This document shows positions 43,182-53,598 of a DNA stretch of 64,000 bases, in pieces. The notes under the pieces were generated by a model that had not been told where the DNA came from, did not search any database, and worked only from the letters and a program-made list of their open reading frames with translations. The stretch covers positions 930,001 through 994,000 of the forward strand of contig CAKKNE010000002.1 of NCBI GenBank assembly GCA_918797485.1. Direction: 5' to 3'. How positions within the stretch are numbered: the first letter of the stretch is position 1; each line of letters begins with the position of its first letter. The stretch comes from Pelagomonas calceolata (taxonomy: Eukaryota). Both the position numbers and the translations under genes were made by a program.

Positions 43182-45269
43182 TTAGTCCATCGTGTACTCG
43201 TCCGTCCGCAGCGCGACGTCGAACGCCTCGGAAAGGGCCGTCCGGTCCGTAAACAGCGGCAGGTCGATGCGGTTGAAGCACGTGTGCGCCCGAGGATACA
43301 CGGCCCGGTCCAGGCTCACGGACGTGAGCGTGAAGCGCTTGACCGCGCCGTCGCGGCCCTGCAATTGGTCGAAGCCGCCGACGGGCACGCGCGTCGACCC
43401 CGTGCACCACTGTAATAATCGAGCGCGCTTCGCGACGGGCCATCCCTCCACTTCGGCCCAGAACATCTTCACCACATGACTCGACTCTTCCAGAGCGCCT
43501 CTATACACCGTGGACCGGCGCCACTCGTTTACGTCGATGTCCGGCGCACCAAACAACACCAATTCCAACTCGCGCGCCGACAGCAGCATTATAACGATGC
43601 GCGGCACCACACTGTACACGCCCCGCAAGAACGCGTCCAAGCTACCCCGCCTTCCGTCGAAGACGCGGTCCCGCAGCCGCGCCGCCAGGAAGTCGTCCAC
43701 GTTGTCGCCCGTCACGGACACGTCCCTCCCATTCTCCACCAAATCCCGCGTCGTCGTCTCGCCGAACGCGACGTGGTCCACCGAAAACGTCAGCATCAGA
43801 TCCGCGACCGTCTCCCGAGACATGGAGTGGAGCTGGCTCATGTTTTGATGTAATTCCGGATCCGTTAATTCCAAATCATCGAGCTCGATGGGCTCCGTGG
43901 CGACGTATTTCAATAAAAGTCGATTGAGATGAAATAAGGTCGAGAGGTGGTGCCCCTCCAACAAAGCTTTACCTAATAATTGTCCAGCAAAGGTAAACCA
44001 GGGCGCCGGGTTCTTGTCATGTGCTGTTGCGGCATCTCTATCTTCGACTAGGTCATACGTCCCGTCGGACGCCGGTCGGAACAGCCCCAAATCGGGCGCG
44101 ACCAATTGGGACGAGGCGAGCTGGAAAAATTCGCGTGATAGGCCTCCCGCGTCCAATCCCGCTTCGCCCCGAAATTTCACGAAGAACGGCTGGCGCCACT
44201 GCTCGTCACTTAACGACCCGAGAGAATTAAATGCGTCGTAGAGCGCGTGCTTCCTTGATACCGTAAATTCCACTTTTCCGGTCGTCCAGGGCACGCGCAG
44301 GGCATTGCATGCTGTTCTGAACGCGTCGAGCCTCGCACCATGCGTCAACGATGACTGGAGCGCGCGGCAGACGGCGTCCGACGGTTTTAAAACTTTGAGC
44401 GGCTCCGACGCTGATCTAAGAGCGCTTCCGTCGTCATAGTCCGCATGATACACGAACGCATCGTGCCCGTGCCACTGGACGAGCCCCTGGTTATTGGCGC
44501 CCCAGCTGAAGCTTCGCTGGTTCCCGCTCTGGTCCTCGCTTCGACGAAAGGGCGGGTCCTGGCTCCAGTTCCGCCGCTGCTGGGGCGTCTCGATGTCGTG
44601 GGTCTCTGGTGGCGGCTTCGTGGGTTTCCGCCGCTTCGCGAAGTAAACGGCGGCCGCCGCGATGAGCAAAGCCGCGGCGCCGGCGCCGGCGCCCGCGGCC
44701 GCGGCGTCCGGCCCGCCGCCGCTGCTACTGCCGCTACTACCACTACTCACCAGTGACACGGCGGGCGCCGGCGTCGGCGCCCAGGGCATGACGTCGGCGG
44801 CGCCGCACCAGGTCCCGCCCTCGCAGGCCTCGCAGTTGCCGCGGCTCCAGTAGCACTCGTTCGCCTCATCAATAATCGTCGCACAGGAGCCGCACGTGTC
44901 CGTTGTTGTCGAATAGAAGCAGCAGCCGACGAAGCCCAGCGCGTCGGCCGGCGCCGGCGTCGGCTTCGGCGACGGCACGGGCGCATGCGGGGCCACATCA
45001 TTGATGCCGCACCAGACCGCCGCGCCGCAGTTCTCGCAGTTGGCGCGCGAGAAGGAGCACCAGTCGCTGGTCGTGGCGAGGTCGTCGCAGGCCTCGCACC
45101 AGTCGCTGGCGCTCGACCATTTGCAGCAGCCCCCGAAGGGTGTTGGAGCCGCCGTCGCCGACAGCGTGGTGTCCGGCTCGAGGGAGGCGCCGGGCTTCGA
45201 TTCGGCCTTGTCGGCTGCGGCTGGCCTCAGGGTGAGCAGCAGTGCCAGCTTGGGCAGCCCCGTGAGCAT
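43182..45269 (-). CDS. Transmembrane HECT E3 ubiquitin ligase
   Basis: Signal peptide, two Cys/Trp-rich repeats, TM, then FRGEAGLDAGGLSREFF...LLQWCTGS...PRAHTCFNRIDLP. Confidence 0.9.
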   Translation of the reverse strand: MLTGLPKLALLLTLRPAAADKAESKPGASLEPDTTLSATAAPTPFGGCCKWSSASDWCEACDDLATTSDWCSFSRANCENCGAAVWCGINDVAPHAPVPSPKPTPAPADALGFVGCCFYSTTTDTCGSCATIIDEANECYWSRGNCEACEGGTWCGAADVMPWAPTPAPAVSLVSSGSSGSSSGGGPDAAAAGAGAGAAALLIAAAAVYFAKRRKPTKPPPETHDIETPQQRRNWSQDPPFRRSEDQSGNQRSFSWGANNQGLVQWHGHDAFVYHADYDDGSALRSASEPLKVLKPSDAVCRALQSSLTHGARLDAFRTACNALRVPWTTGKVEFTVSRKHALYDAFNSLGSLSDEQWRQPFFVKFRGEAGLDAGGLSREFFQLASSQLVAPDLGLFRPASDGTYDLVEDRDAATAHDKNPAPWFTFAGQLLGKALLEGHHLSTLFHLNRLLLKYVATEPIELDDLELTDPELHQNMSQLHSMSRETVADLMLTFSVDHVAFGETTTRDLVENGRDVSVTGDNVDDFLAARLRDRVFDGRRGSLDAFLRGVYSVVPRIVIMLLSARELELVLFGAPDIDVNEWRRSTVYRGALEESSHVVKMFWAEVEGWPVAKRARLLQWCTGSTRVPVGGFDQLQGRDGAVKRFTLTSVSLDRAVYPRAHTCFNRIDLPLFTDRTALSEAFDVALRTDEYTMD

Positions 45270-45761
45270 GTTTCGCGTGTGCGCTGCAATGCGCGAGGTA
45301 CTGGCGACGTAACACGAACCCGTGCGCTTTGGAGACAATTAGTATGCTCCAGACTGCGTGTAACCACGAGCAAAGCCAGCCAGCAAATTTCGCGGCGGCG
45401 GCCTAGTGGGTTGCGCCGGCGTGGCGAAGGTGCACGAATCTGTCGCGAACGCACCTACTGTCTGCCCCTCGCAACCACTGGTGCCGTTTGAGGGCGCAAA
45501 ACCATTGGCTGCCAAGGACAACAAGCACAAGAGCAGCGCGAGCGCTACCGCCGCGCGCGCATCAAACGAGGACAACTGCGGCGTGCGGAACACGCCGTCG
45601 CAGCCATTGGTACGCGGCTGATCATCGCTTGCGAGCAATAACAGCTCAAAGCTGCTGTAGAGCTCAGCTGGCCAGGAGAGCGCGTGCAGTGCAACAGTGC
45701 GCTGCGACGTCACAAGCGTGACGCAACACGGCCGCACTGCTGCGAGCGTGAAACGCCAACG

Positions 45762-46786
45762 ATGCACGCCAACTTCAGCACCTGCGGCGCCGGGGGCTGG
45801 CTCGCGCCGACGGGCGCCTGCGCGGCTCCCGCCTGGGCGCGCTGGCCCTATCTCGAGCCCTGGGTCGCGACGATCGCGTTTTTTGTTTGGATCGCTCTGT
45901 ACAAGACATTGGAGTGCGGCGGCGATGTCCGAGCCGCCATCAAGGCCCAACTTGAGGGTGACGAGAAGCACGTGCGGATTGCTGGTATCAGTGCGGAAAT
46001 CAACCAGTGCGTCAGGCCAACCTGGAGGTATTATTTATTATTCTGGCAGCTTCGACGCAGCACGAGAGTGCTTGGCGTCCTCGCACGAGGCGTCTCAGGC
46101 TTATTCACCCGAACGTTTGATTTCCGCATAGGCTGGTATCGGCTATTTCATCGGGATCTACCTCTTCAAGCAGGTCGCGCCACCAGCCGAAATCGACTGG
46201 TCGTGCCCGTCGCCGGGCTTTCTGCTGATCGAGACGGCCGTCGGTGTGCTAGCCTACGACGCGATCTTCTACGGCCTCCACCGGCTCATGCACGCGTTTG
46301 CCTACCGGCTGCACGCGCGGCACCACTCGTCGGGGCCGCGCGTGAATGCGCAAGAAGTGCTCAACCAGTCGGTTATTGATGCATCGCTCCAGGTGCTTAC
46401 CAATATATTGGTGCAGCGGCGCGTGCCTGTGTGGATATCATCAGATTTAAGTGCTCCACGCCCATAGACGTCGTCTGCGTAACGGAGTCTGCGCGATGGC
46501 GTAGAGGTGACGACCTGACTCACGGGGTGGTTTTCCACGCAGGCGCGGGCTGCGGGGACCGAAGAACTGGCTCGCGCGGATTCTGCACAATATCGTCGTG
46601 ACGCTATTGCTCACGGACTCGCACGCCGATACGCCGTGGCGGCTGTCCGACATGTTCCCGCGTCTCCTGGCCGGCGCGGCGCGGCACCGCGAACACCACG
46701 CGACGGGCGGCCCGCCATACCAGCAGTTCTTCGGCTTCATGGACGCGGCGTTTTCTCCGTCCCCAGACGATAGGAAACTCAAGTAA
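45762..46786 (+). CDS. Fatty-acid hydroxylase / sterol desaturase family; exons 45762-45980, 46132-46418, 46543-46786
   Basis: His boxes HRLMH, HARHH, HREHH in frame after splicing. Confidence 0.8.
45981..46131 (+). mobile_element. Introner GC-AG intron
   Basis: Perfect 8-bp TSD GCTGGTAT; TIR CAGTGCGGAAATCAA/TTGATTTCCGCATAG; 5' end shared with the ureG introner. Confidence 0.88.
46419..46542 (+). mobile_element. Introner GC-AG intron
   Basis: TSD GCGCGTGC/GCGCGGGC; TIR CTGTGTGGATA/TTTCCACGCAG. Confidence 0.82.
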
Positions 46787-47200
46787 TTACTGTGCTAAGT
46801 GACTCGTGTTCGTTCCGCGCGCGCGTTCAGCACATCTCGTTGAAGCGCCTGTGTGCGCGGGCCGGTGAAGCGGCGGGCGCCGCGCGGCGATGGCGTGACG
46901 ATCTCTCCCGGCCGGAGCGCTCGTAAGTAGAAGAGAAACAAACGGACGCCGCGTAGCGCCCCGACGGTCCACGCCCGACTGACCGGTTGATCCACAGGGA
47001 CGACGGACAAGTACTGCGGCGTCTTCTCCTGGATCCTCGGCGTCCTCTGCTGCTGGTGCGTCGTCTGCTGCCCCTGCGACTCGCGTCAAGTCTACAACGC
47101 GCCGGACGGCAAGAAGGTGTTGGCGTCCGGCACGCCGTCGGGGCAGTTCGTCGAGATGTGCTAAACTGGCCGTCGACCGCTCTCGGGTAAGTGGATAAAC

Positions 47201-48127
47201 TTACTTCACAACGTCCTTCGTCGCCATGAGCCGCTTGAGCCGCTTCCCCTCCGCACCCAAGTCCACGCGGATCGTCGTCACGTCGCCCTTCAGCGCCACC
47301 AAACCGGGCTTCGCGCCGGGCGGCTTGGAGACGTGCCGCGCGCGTGTTAAAGACACGGACGCGCGGCCCGAGGCCTCGTGCTCGCGGCCCGGCGGCGGCT
47401 TCGCGATTGCTTTCGAGAAGAGCGCCGCGAGGCACGCGGCGTCGCGGACCGCGTCGCCGTCGTTCGCCGGCAAATTGTCGTCGTGCGACCGGATCACGAC
47501 GTGGCTGCCCGGGCACCCGGCGGCGTGCAGCCACCAGTCGGCGCCGTCCCGATACCGAAAATCGCAACTCAACAGGTCGTTGTCGCTCGCTCGCCTTCCG
47601 ACGCGGATCTCGACGCCGCTTTCGCTGGCGAAGGCGTTGTAGGGCAGGCGCGGCGCGGTGGACGACGGGCCCTTCTTCTTCTTGGGCCCGCGCCTGCGTG
47701 GGGACGTGGCGTCGACACGGCGTCGTACGAGAGAGACGCGGCCGACGCGCGGCTGGCGCGGCGGCGGCGCGTCGCGCACGCCGAGCGCGTTCGCCAGCGT
47801 CAGTGCCTCCGCCGAGCCGTCCACGGCGTTGAGGGCATCCACGAGTTCCTTCAGTCGGTCGCGCTCGGCCTCCGTCTTCTTGAGCGCCTCGACACTCTCG
47901 GGCAACTGTTTATTCTTGGCCGACTTCTTCGCGATCTTCTTCGTGGCCCGATCGAGACGCCGCGCCGCCTCGGCCCGGAGGCCGCGCCAGTCGACGGTCG
48001 CCGCGTCGAGCGGCTCGGTCGTCGTGTCGAGCATCGCTGTGAGACAACGTCGGCGGTACAACGGTGCCGGCGCGCGCAATGCTACGCAGCGCCGCATCGT
48101 GAGCAGCAGCGCCATGGTCCACCGCAT
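47201..48127 (-). CDS. NFACT-R RNA-binding domain protein; possible in-frame 57-bp intron at 47694-47750
   Basis: IRVGRRASDNDLLS...DWWLHAAGCPGSHVVI...AACLAALFSK...VSKPPGAKPGLV. Confidence 0.85.
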   Translation of the reverse strand: MRWTMALLLTMRRCVALRAPAPLYRRRCLTAMLDTTTEPLDAATVDWRGLRAEAARRLDRATKKIAKKSAKNKQLPESVEALKKTEAERDRLKELVDALNAVDGSAEALTLANALGVRDAPPPRQPRVGRVSLVRRRVDATSPRRRGPKKKKGPSSTAPRLPYNAFASESGVEIRVGRRASDNDLLSCDFRYRDGADWWLHAAGCPGSHVVIRSHDDNLPANDGDAVRDAACLAALFSKAIAKPPPGREHEASGRASVSLTRARHVSKPPGAKPGLVALKGDVTTIRVDLGAEGKRLKRLMATKDVVK

Positions 48128-48391
48128 CAGAGTGCTTGCTGTGTGCTACAGCAACTCCGGCGCGCGCCGTCGACGCGTGCCGTTCTCTCGGCCGGCTACA
48201 AACGCTTTTGAACTGATGCGTTTGGTGAGCCCTTCTTGGTGCGTTACGTGCGCGCCGGCGTGACGATTTCACAGCTGTCAGTCTGGTGCTGGGAGAGCTG
48301 AGTTGAGCACTGCTAAACGCGGCACCCTGCGGCCCTATAGCACTTGCACGCTTATCGTTCCACGAGATATAGAACCTCTACGCTGCAATCG

Positions 48392-49567
48392 ATGCCGCCC
48401 GCAGCGACGCTCACCCGCAGCACAATACTACAATGGGCCCTCACCAGCCGCATCCTCACGGTCGCCTGGTGCGTCCTCAGCGACCTCCTACTCCCGGACC
48501 ACGCCGCGACGGATGTCGAGAGATGGCAAGCTGACCAAGAAGCCGTGCTGCCGGCGTGGCTCACGCGGCCGTTCACACGATGGGACGCCGCGCATCTGTT
48601 AAGAGTAGCAAGGTTCGGCTACGTCACAGATAGGGACGCGGCGTTCTTTCCGTTGTATCCGTGCCTCGTGCATTACGTTACGAAACTGCTCCCGTTCCTG
48701 GCCGAGGCCGAGCGCTACGTCGTCGCCGGCACTTTCGTATCGAACGCGTGCTTCGTGTTAGCTGTTCTATTCGCCTACGACGCGTCCCTCAAGTTCCGCC
48801 CGGCCCTCGCGGACAAGACCGCCCTGGCGCTGTGCGCGACGCCGGCGAGCGTCTTTTGCAGCGTTCCCTACTCGGAGTCGCTGGCCGCGCTCCTGGGCTT
48901 TGGTGGCGTCGCCTTATTGGGAAGGAACCGGCCGTGGCTCGCTTCCGTACTATTCGCGTCGGTCGCTGCCACCAGATCCAACGGGTGCCTCCTCGCGATC
49001 GTGGTAGTAGCGGACGGCCTCGCGCGATCAATACCGAAGCGCGGCCGGTCGCTCCAACTCCTCGGCACGTCTATGAGATCGGCATTGATCATACTGCCGC
49101 CCGTCGCGAAGGATTTGTGGCACTTCCACAAAAGCGGCGTCGCGCGGTCCGCCTTCGCGCACGCGCAGTCAAGTGGATGGGGCGTCGGTTTATTCGCATA
49201 CTGGCAGTTCAAACAAATCCCGAACTTCGTGCTCGCGGCGCCTTCACTATGTCTCGCCATGATCGCGTGCCGCGACGCGCTGAAAAGGCGGCCTCCCATA
49301 AAACGGCTCGTCGCGGACCTGCGCGCCGGCGACGACGGCGCGCGCCTTTCTGTGATCGAGCTCGCGCTGGCGGCCCACGCCGCGGCGACGGCGGGCCTGT
49401 GCTTTTTTGTGGCGCACGTCGAGATCGCGACGCGGCTCCTCGCGTGCGGCTGCCTGCCCTTCTCCTGGGCCCTCACGTCTGTTGATAGGCCGTTCTGGCG
49501 GTGGTGCGTGCTCGTGTTCGTCGTCGTCGGGCCGGCGGCGCATTGCAATTTTTTGCCGTGGACCTGA
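48392..49567 (+). CDS. PIGV: GPI mannosyltransferase 2
   Basis: RWDAAHLLRVA, AFFPLYP, YSESL, WGVGLFAYWQFKQIPNFVLAAP, C-terminal NFLPWT. Confidence 0.9.
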   Translation: MPPAATLTRSTILQWALTSRILTVAWCVLSDLLLPDHAATDVERWQADQEAVLPAWLTRPFTRWDAAHLLRVARFGYVTDRDAAFFPLYPCLVHYVTKLLPFLAEAERYVVAGTFVSNACFVLAVLFAYDASLKFRPALADKTALALCATPASVFCSVPYSESLAALLGFGGVALLGRNRPWLASVLFASVAATRSNGCLLAIVVVADGLARSIPKRGRSLQLLGTSMRSALIILPPVAKDLWHFHKSGVARSAFAHAQSSGWGVGLFAYWQFKQIPNFVLAAPSLCLAMIACRDALKRRPPIKRLVADLRAGDDGARLSVIELALAAHAAATAGLCFFVAHVEIATRLLACGCLPFSWALTSVDRPFWRWCVLVFVVVGPAAHCNFLPWT

Positions 49568-49830
49568 TTAACGTTTTTGTGTTGTGGTACTACCTCTCCA
49601 TACGCCGTCGACGCGACGTTTATGATAGTTTGATTAAAATAGGGGAGCGACCGTCCGAAGGATGGGTGTCCTCGGCGCGGCGACTTGCAGGGCGTCGCCG
49701 CGCGTCATGACGGCTCCGGTCAGGGGGCATGGAAATAGGACAGCGCCAGAGAGGGCGCTATCATCGCGGGATATGTACACGGCGGCGAGGAGTACCTGCG
49801 CGCGGGCGCCGCGTCGCGCGAAGAAACATA

Positions 49831-49908
49831 AACCGCCCGAGGGAATCGAACCCCCACTGCGCGGGCACTGGGCTAAAGCCACGAGTCCTCCCATTAGACC
49901 AGAGCGGT
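49831..49908 (-). tRNA. tRNA gene with anticodon TTA (ochre-suppressor type); probable 7-nt intron after position 37
   Basis: ACCGCTC TG GTCT AATGGGA GGAC T CGTGG CT TTA G[CCCAGTG]C CCGCG CAGT GGGGG TTCGATT CCCTC GGGCGGT T; all four stems pair; A box TGGTCTAATGG and B box GGTTCGATTCC intact. Confidence 0.75.
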
Positions 49909-50075
49909 TTGTGTTCTTCTCCCGCTCCTTGCCATCGAGCCGCTGCCGTTACGGGAACGACACCGCGTCGACGGCGTGGAATCTCCACGCCATCGAGCAG
50001 ACGCAGTCACAGGGACGACGTCGCGGCGATGGCGTGGGGCGCCAAGAAAACAACAACGGACGCCGGCGCGGCGCC

Positions 50076-50761
50076 TCAGTCGTCTTCTTCATCATCAGAA
50101 GAGGATACGGACACGTCCTCGGCCGCGCGGAACTCGGGGCGCAGGTCCTCCTCGGCCGGGCCTAGATAAGTAAAGGCGCACTGGTCGCCGTTCCTATACC
50201 CAACGCTGCCGAGCGTGTCGCCCGGTTCCGCCGGGACCTGGGTGGAAATGACCTTCATAGTGCGAAGATAGGTCTGGGAGGGAGTGGGTGGCGCGAGCCG
50301 TGTCTCAGGTCGTGTCCGGGTCTATAGCGCTGTCATCACATGAGCATGCCATATACCAGTGTCTTGCTGGTGGTTCTATCATCGACGCGTCTGCTCGAGG
50401 GCGTAAAGTTTCCACGCCATCGAACAACGTCGCATCGATGGCGTGGAATCGCCACGCCATCGAGCAGACGCAGTTCGTCGACGGATTTGATTTCCACACC
50501 GCCGCGCACCCAATTGACGTAGGCCTGGGCCCGCAGCGCGGCCCGCTGCGCCTCGTCCAGGTCGCCGTCCGCGTCATACCGCTTCGCCATCACTAAAATG
50601 CGCGCCTGGAGCCCCGTCTTCGCGCAGATTTGGTCTTTCAACTCGTCGAGCGTCGTCGCCGCGCCGCACTCGATCTCGCAGAGCTCGAACCGCTCCTTTT
50701 CGGGGTGCGTGATCCTCAGCGTGATCGTACTGGGCGCCGGCGTGGGTTTCGCCATCGGCAT
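50076..50761 (-). CDS. Ubiquitin-like domain protein; exons 50761-50510 and 50237-50076
   Basis: TTLDELKDQICAKTGL...DTLGSVGYRNGD after removing the intron. Confidence 0.65.
50238..50509 (-). mobile_element. Introner-type GT-AG intron (272 bp) with internal inverted repeats
   Basis: TIR CGGTGTGGAAAT/ATTTCCACCCAG; internal CCACGCCATCGAGCAGACG shared with the ureG introner. Confidence 0.78.
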
Positions 50762-51151
50762 AGTGAGGCGGCGGCGGCGTATTTTCGTTATGGTGAATCG
50801 ATGGTGAATAGCTGAGAGCCGCTGCTGCGCGTCGGCGGACCGCGGGGCTGCTCTCAGGTGGAGGCGGCGAGCGTCTGAGGCTGCTGCGGTAGTTTTTTTG
50901 GCCGCGGCGTCCCTTGCGCCGGTATACAGCCACTGCAATCGAGTCGAGTGGCCTCTTCCCGCCTCAACTCGTTTTTCTTTGCCAGCGTGGCCTCTTCACC
51001 TTATTTCTAAGAGGCCTCCGCCGAGGCCTACGGCCGCGCGGACGTCAGCCGGACGGATGTTTCATGTTTGCTCTTCGGTGCGGGTTTTCAACTCAAAGAG
51101 AATCGATTATTTCCCCCTCTCTACTCGCATAGCTCAGACAGGGTGACGAAT

Positions 51152-51898
51152 ATGCGTTTATTCCTTTCTCTCGTCGCGCTGGGCGCCGTAACTCGGGCGG
51201 CGACCGCTGAAAACTGCGAGGACAAAACCATTACTCGCAAAAGCATTGCTAAATTAACCAGGGAAGCGCGAGACGCGCAAGTGACCCTCGATGTCCTCGT
51301 GTCGCGCGACGATGTCGTCGCTGCGTCGCTCTCCGCGAATGCACGCGGCAATTTCGGAGGCTCCGACGCCCCGCAAAAATGGGCAGACGTCACCACGTCG
51401 GGCGCGAGCCTCCGCTGCGAGGGCGGCGAGGCGTCGCAGTGCTCCGCGTGGTACGATTGCGGCGACGCGAGCGACGCGACCGGGGCCGTCCAGGACGGCG
51501 TCCTTACGGCCGCCGTGACGATTTCGGACGCGGTGGAGTTTGACTACTGCCCGAACGGCGGCCTGGCCGAGGTCGAGGTCAGCGTCGACTTCACCGTGAG
51601 GCGATGTGAAAGCGAACTACCTGCGCCGGCGCCCACGCCGCGGCCGACGCCTGCGGCGCCGCCGTCCGCGAAGAGGAAGAAGCGGTCGTCAGCGCCGGCG
51701 GCGTTCGAGCTCACGATGGCAGTACTTGTCCTGACGGTCGCCGGCGTCGGATTCCTCCTGGCGTGCTTCTGCTTCGATCGCGCGCGCCGTGCGCAAGATC
51801 GGCGCGTCGACGAGATCATGAAGGAGGCCGACGAAATCAATCGGAAGGCGGACGCCGCGGTGTCATCTTCGAGGTCTTCTCGGAGCGGCGACGTATAA
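51152..51898 (+). CDS. Single-pass membrane protein, unknown function
   Basis: Signal peptide, Cys-containing ectodomain, PAPTP linker, TM. Confidence 0.65.
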   Translation: MRLFLSLVALGAVTRAATAENCEDKTITRKSIAKLTREARDAQVTLDVLVSRDDVVAASLSANARGNFGGSDAPQKWADVTTSGASLRCEGGEASQCSAWYDCGDASDATGAVQDGVLTAAVTISDAVEFDYCPNGGLAEVEVSVDFTVRRCESELPAPAPTPRPTPAAPPSAKRKKRSSAPAAFELTMAVLVLTVAGVGFLLACFCFDRARRAQDRRVDEIMKEADEINRKADAAVSSSRSSRSGDV

Positions 51899-52178
51899 AC
51901 GGGGCTATTAATGTTTGCTAGTGTCTCAGGCCGCTAGCTCGAGCCCAAGCGCTGCGGTGAAGCATCGTCTAACGCGCGCTACGCGAGATAAGGGCCGGCT
52001 AGAACTCGTTCCCAACACGTACTTTGACGCGTGGAACGCTGGCGCCCAGACGTGCGACGCCCACTAACTGCTGGCGACGCTGCACACTGCCGCACTGAAC
52101 AGCAAGCAAGCCATCGCCGCGCGATCACAACGCCCTGAACAGCAACAGCAAACGTCATCGCCGCACCCGTATACAACG

Positions 52179-52718
52179 ATGCGAACGCTCCTCCTCCTCT
52201 TGACAGCAGCAAGGACGCGGCCCTTCACCGCATCAAGAACCCGGCTGCCCATCACCATACGACGCGCCACAACCACAACAATAGAGATGCGCGTCAACCG
52301 CAGGAACACGAGGCGAGTCACCTTCAAGAACACGGGCGGCACGGTGGGGGAGAACGCGCGACGAAAGGAGGAAAGTGAAGTGCCGAACAAGGTCTTTTTC
52401 GCCAATATCAAATACGACGCCACCGAGGACGACCTCCGGCCCTTCTTTTCCGCGGTGGGGCCCGTGACGAATGTGCAGCTCGTGCGCGACTCCTACACGG
52501 GCCAGTCGAAGGGGTACGGCTTCGTGACGTTCTCGTCGCCCTTGGCCGCGACGACGGCCATCCGGTCCCTGCACGGCAAGCCCTTTAAAGGTAGGGAGAT
52601 CCGGTTGGACGACGCCACGTCTTTGTCCAAGAGACGCAAGGAGAAGGCCGCGCGCGAGGGGTTCGAGCGGAGGGAGGCGCGGCGGCAGGCCGAGAAGGCT
52701 GCCAAAGAGGAGGGCTAA
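52179..52718 (+). CDS. RRM RNA-binding protein, probably organelle-targeted
   Basis: KVFFANI and SKGYGFVTF RNP motifs; N-terminal presequence. Confidence 0.85.
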   Translation: MRTLLLLLTAARTRPFTASRTRLPITIRRATTTTIEMRVNRRNTRRVTFKNTGGTVGENARRKEESEVPNKVFFANIKYDATEDDLRPFFSAVGPVTNVQLVRDSYTGQSKGYGFVTFSSPLAATTAIRSLHGKPFKGREIRLDDATSLSKRRKEKAAREGFERREARRQAEKAAKEEG

Positions 52719-52799
52719 GCTTATTTGTGTAGATGTCGCGTCGGAGGCGTTGAGGCAGGCTTTCGCTGCGTGCGGGATTTGTGTAGATAGCCTCATGGA

Positions 52800-53378
52800 T
52801 TAGAATGACCCGCTCCCCACGGGCCGCAGGCTCGACGACGTGCACTCGACGCGGCCCTCGAGCCACGCGAGCATCTTCTTGCAGAGCTGCTTTTCGCGGA
52901 TGACCTTGGGCAGCTCGCCCGGGTCGGCGACGACCCGCGAGGCCTCGAGCGCCACAGCGCCGTCGGTGCTGATGCGAAACGCCATGCCGCCGTCCGGGAC
53001 CGACTCGCCGCCGGCGTACGGCACGCGGTCGATCTCGCAACGCGACCTCCGTTTTACCTCCGACGCGTAGGCGTCGCCCTCGGGTGGCGCGCGCCAGAGC
53101 ATGAGCTGGGTGTCGCCTTCCGTCGAGGCCGTCGGCGCGCCCGGCAGATCGCACACGGGGTACTCTTTGATGGCTTGTCTGACGTCTGATGCTGTAGTCG
53201 TCGCCGCGAACACGATTCGCATCAGTACTGGTTGGTCGGCGGACATCCGCAGCTTCGGGCTGTGTCGCCGCCGACGACGCGGTGCCGCGGTGGGCACCAG
53301 AGCTCCCGCACATGTGCAGGAGAGCAGTGCTATGCATGAGAGCAGCATTGCCTGCATCACTGTAGATCGTGTTATCAA
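52800..53378 (-). CDS. Hypothetical protein with signal/transit peptide
   Basis: Hydrophobic N-terminus then Arg-rich segment; GC3-rich body. Confidence 0.55.
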   Translation of the reverse strand: MITRSTVMQAMLLSCIALLSCTCAGALVPTAAPRRRRRHSPKLRMSADQPVLMRIVFAATTTASDVRQAIKEYPVCDLPGAPTASTEGDTQLMLWRAPPEGDAYASEVKRRSRCEIDRVPYAGGESVPDGGMAFRISTDGAVALEASRVVADPGELPKVIREKQLCKKMLAWLEGRVECTSSSLRPVGSGSF

Positions 53379-53598
53379 TGGATACTGCTCTTGCCGCCGT
53401 TCCTACGATCTATGGCGGTGTCATAGATACTGCTGCACACCTCACTGGGCCACCACGTGCGAGTGCGGCTGTGTGCGACGCGCGAGACGGTGCGCTCTCT
53501 CACTGAGCCTGAGAGCCGAGGCGCGCGCGAGAGTGCCCTCACGCCATCGCCACGCAGAAAACAACTAGTCATAAGAAGCATTACACCCCAATCCGTAT

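Noticed and set aside
49831..49908. tRNA-Sec, tRNA-Lys(TTT) or tRNA-Leu(TAG) readings
   Set aside because: No TCA or extended Sec stems; TTT or TAG registers lose U33 or the purine at 37 and break the anticodon stem.
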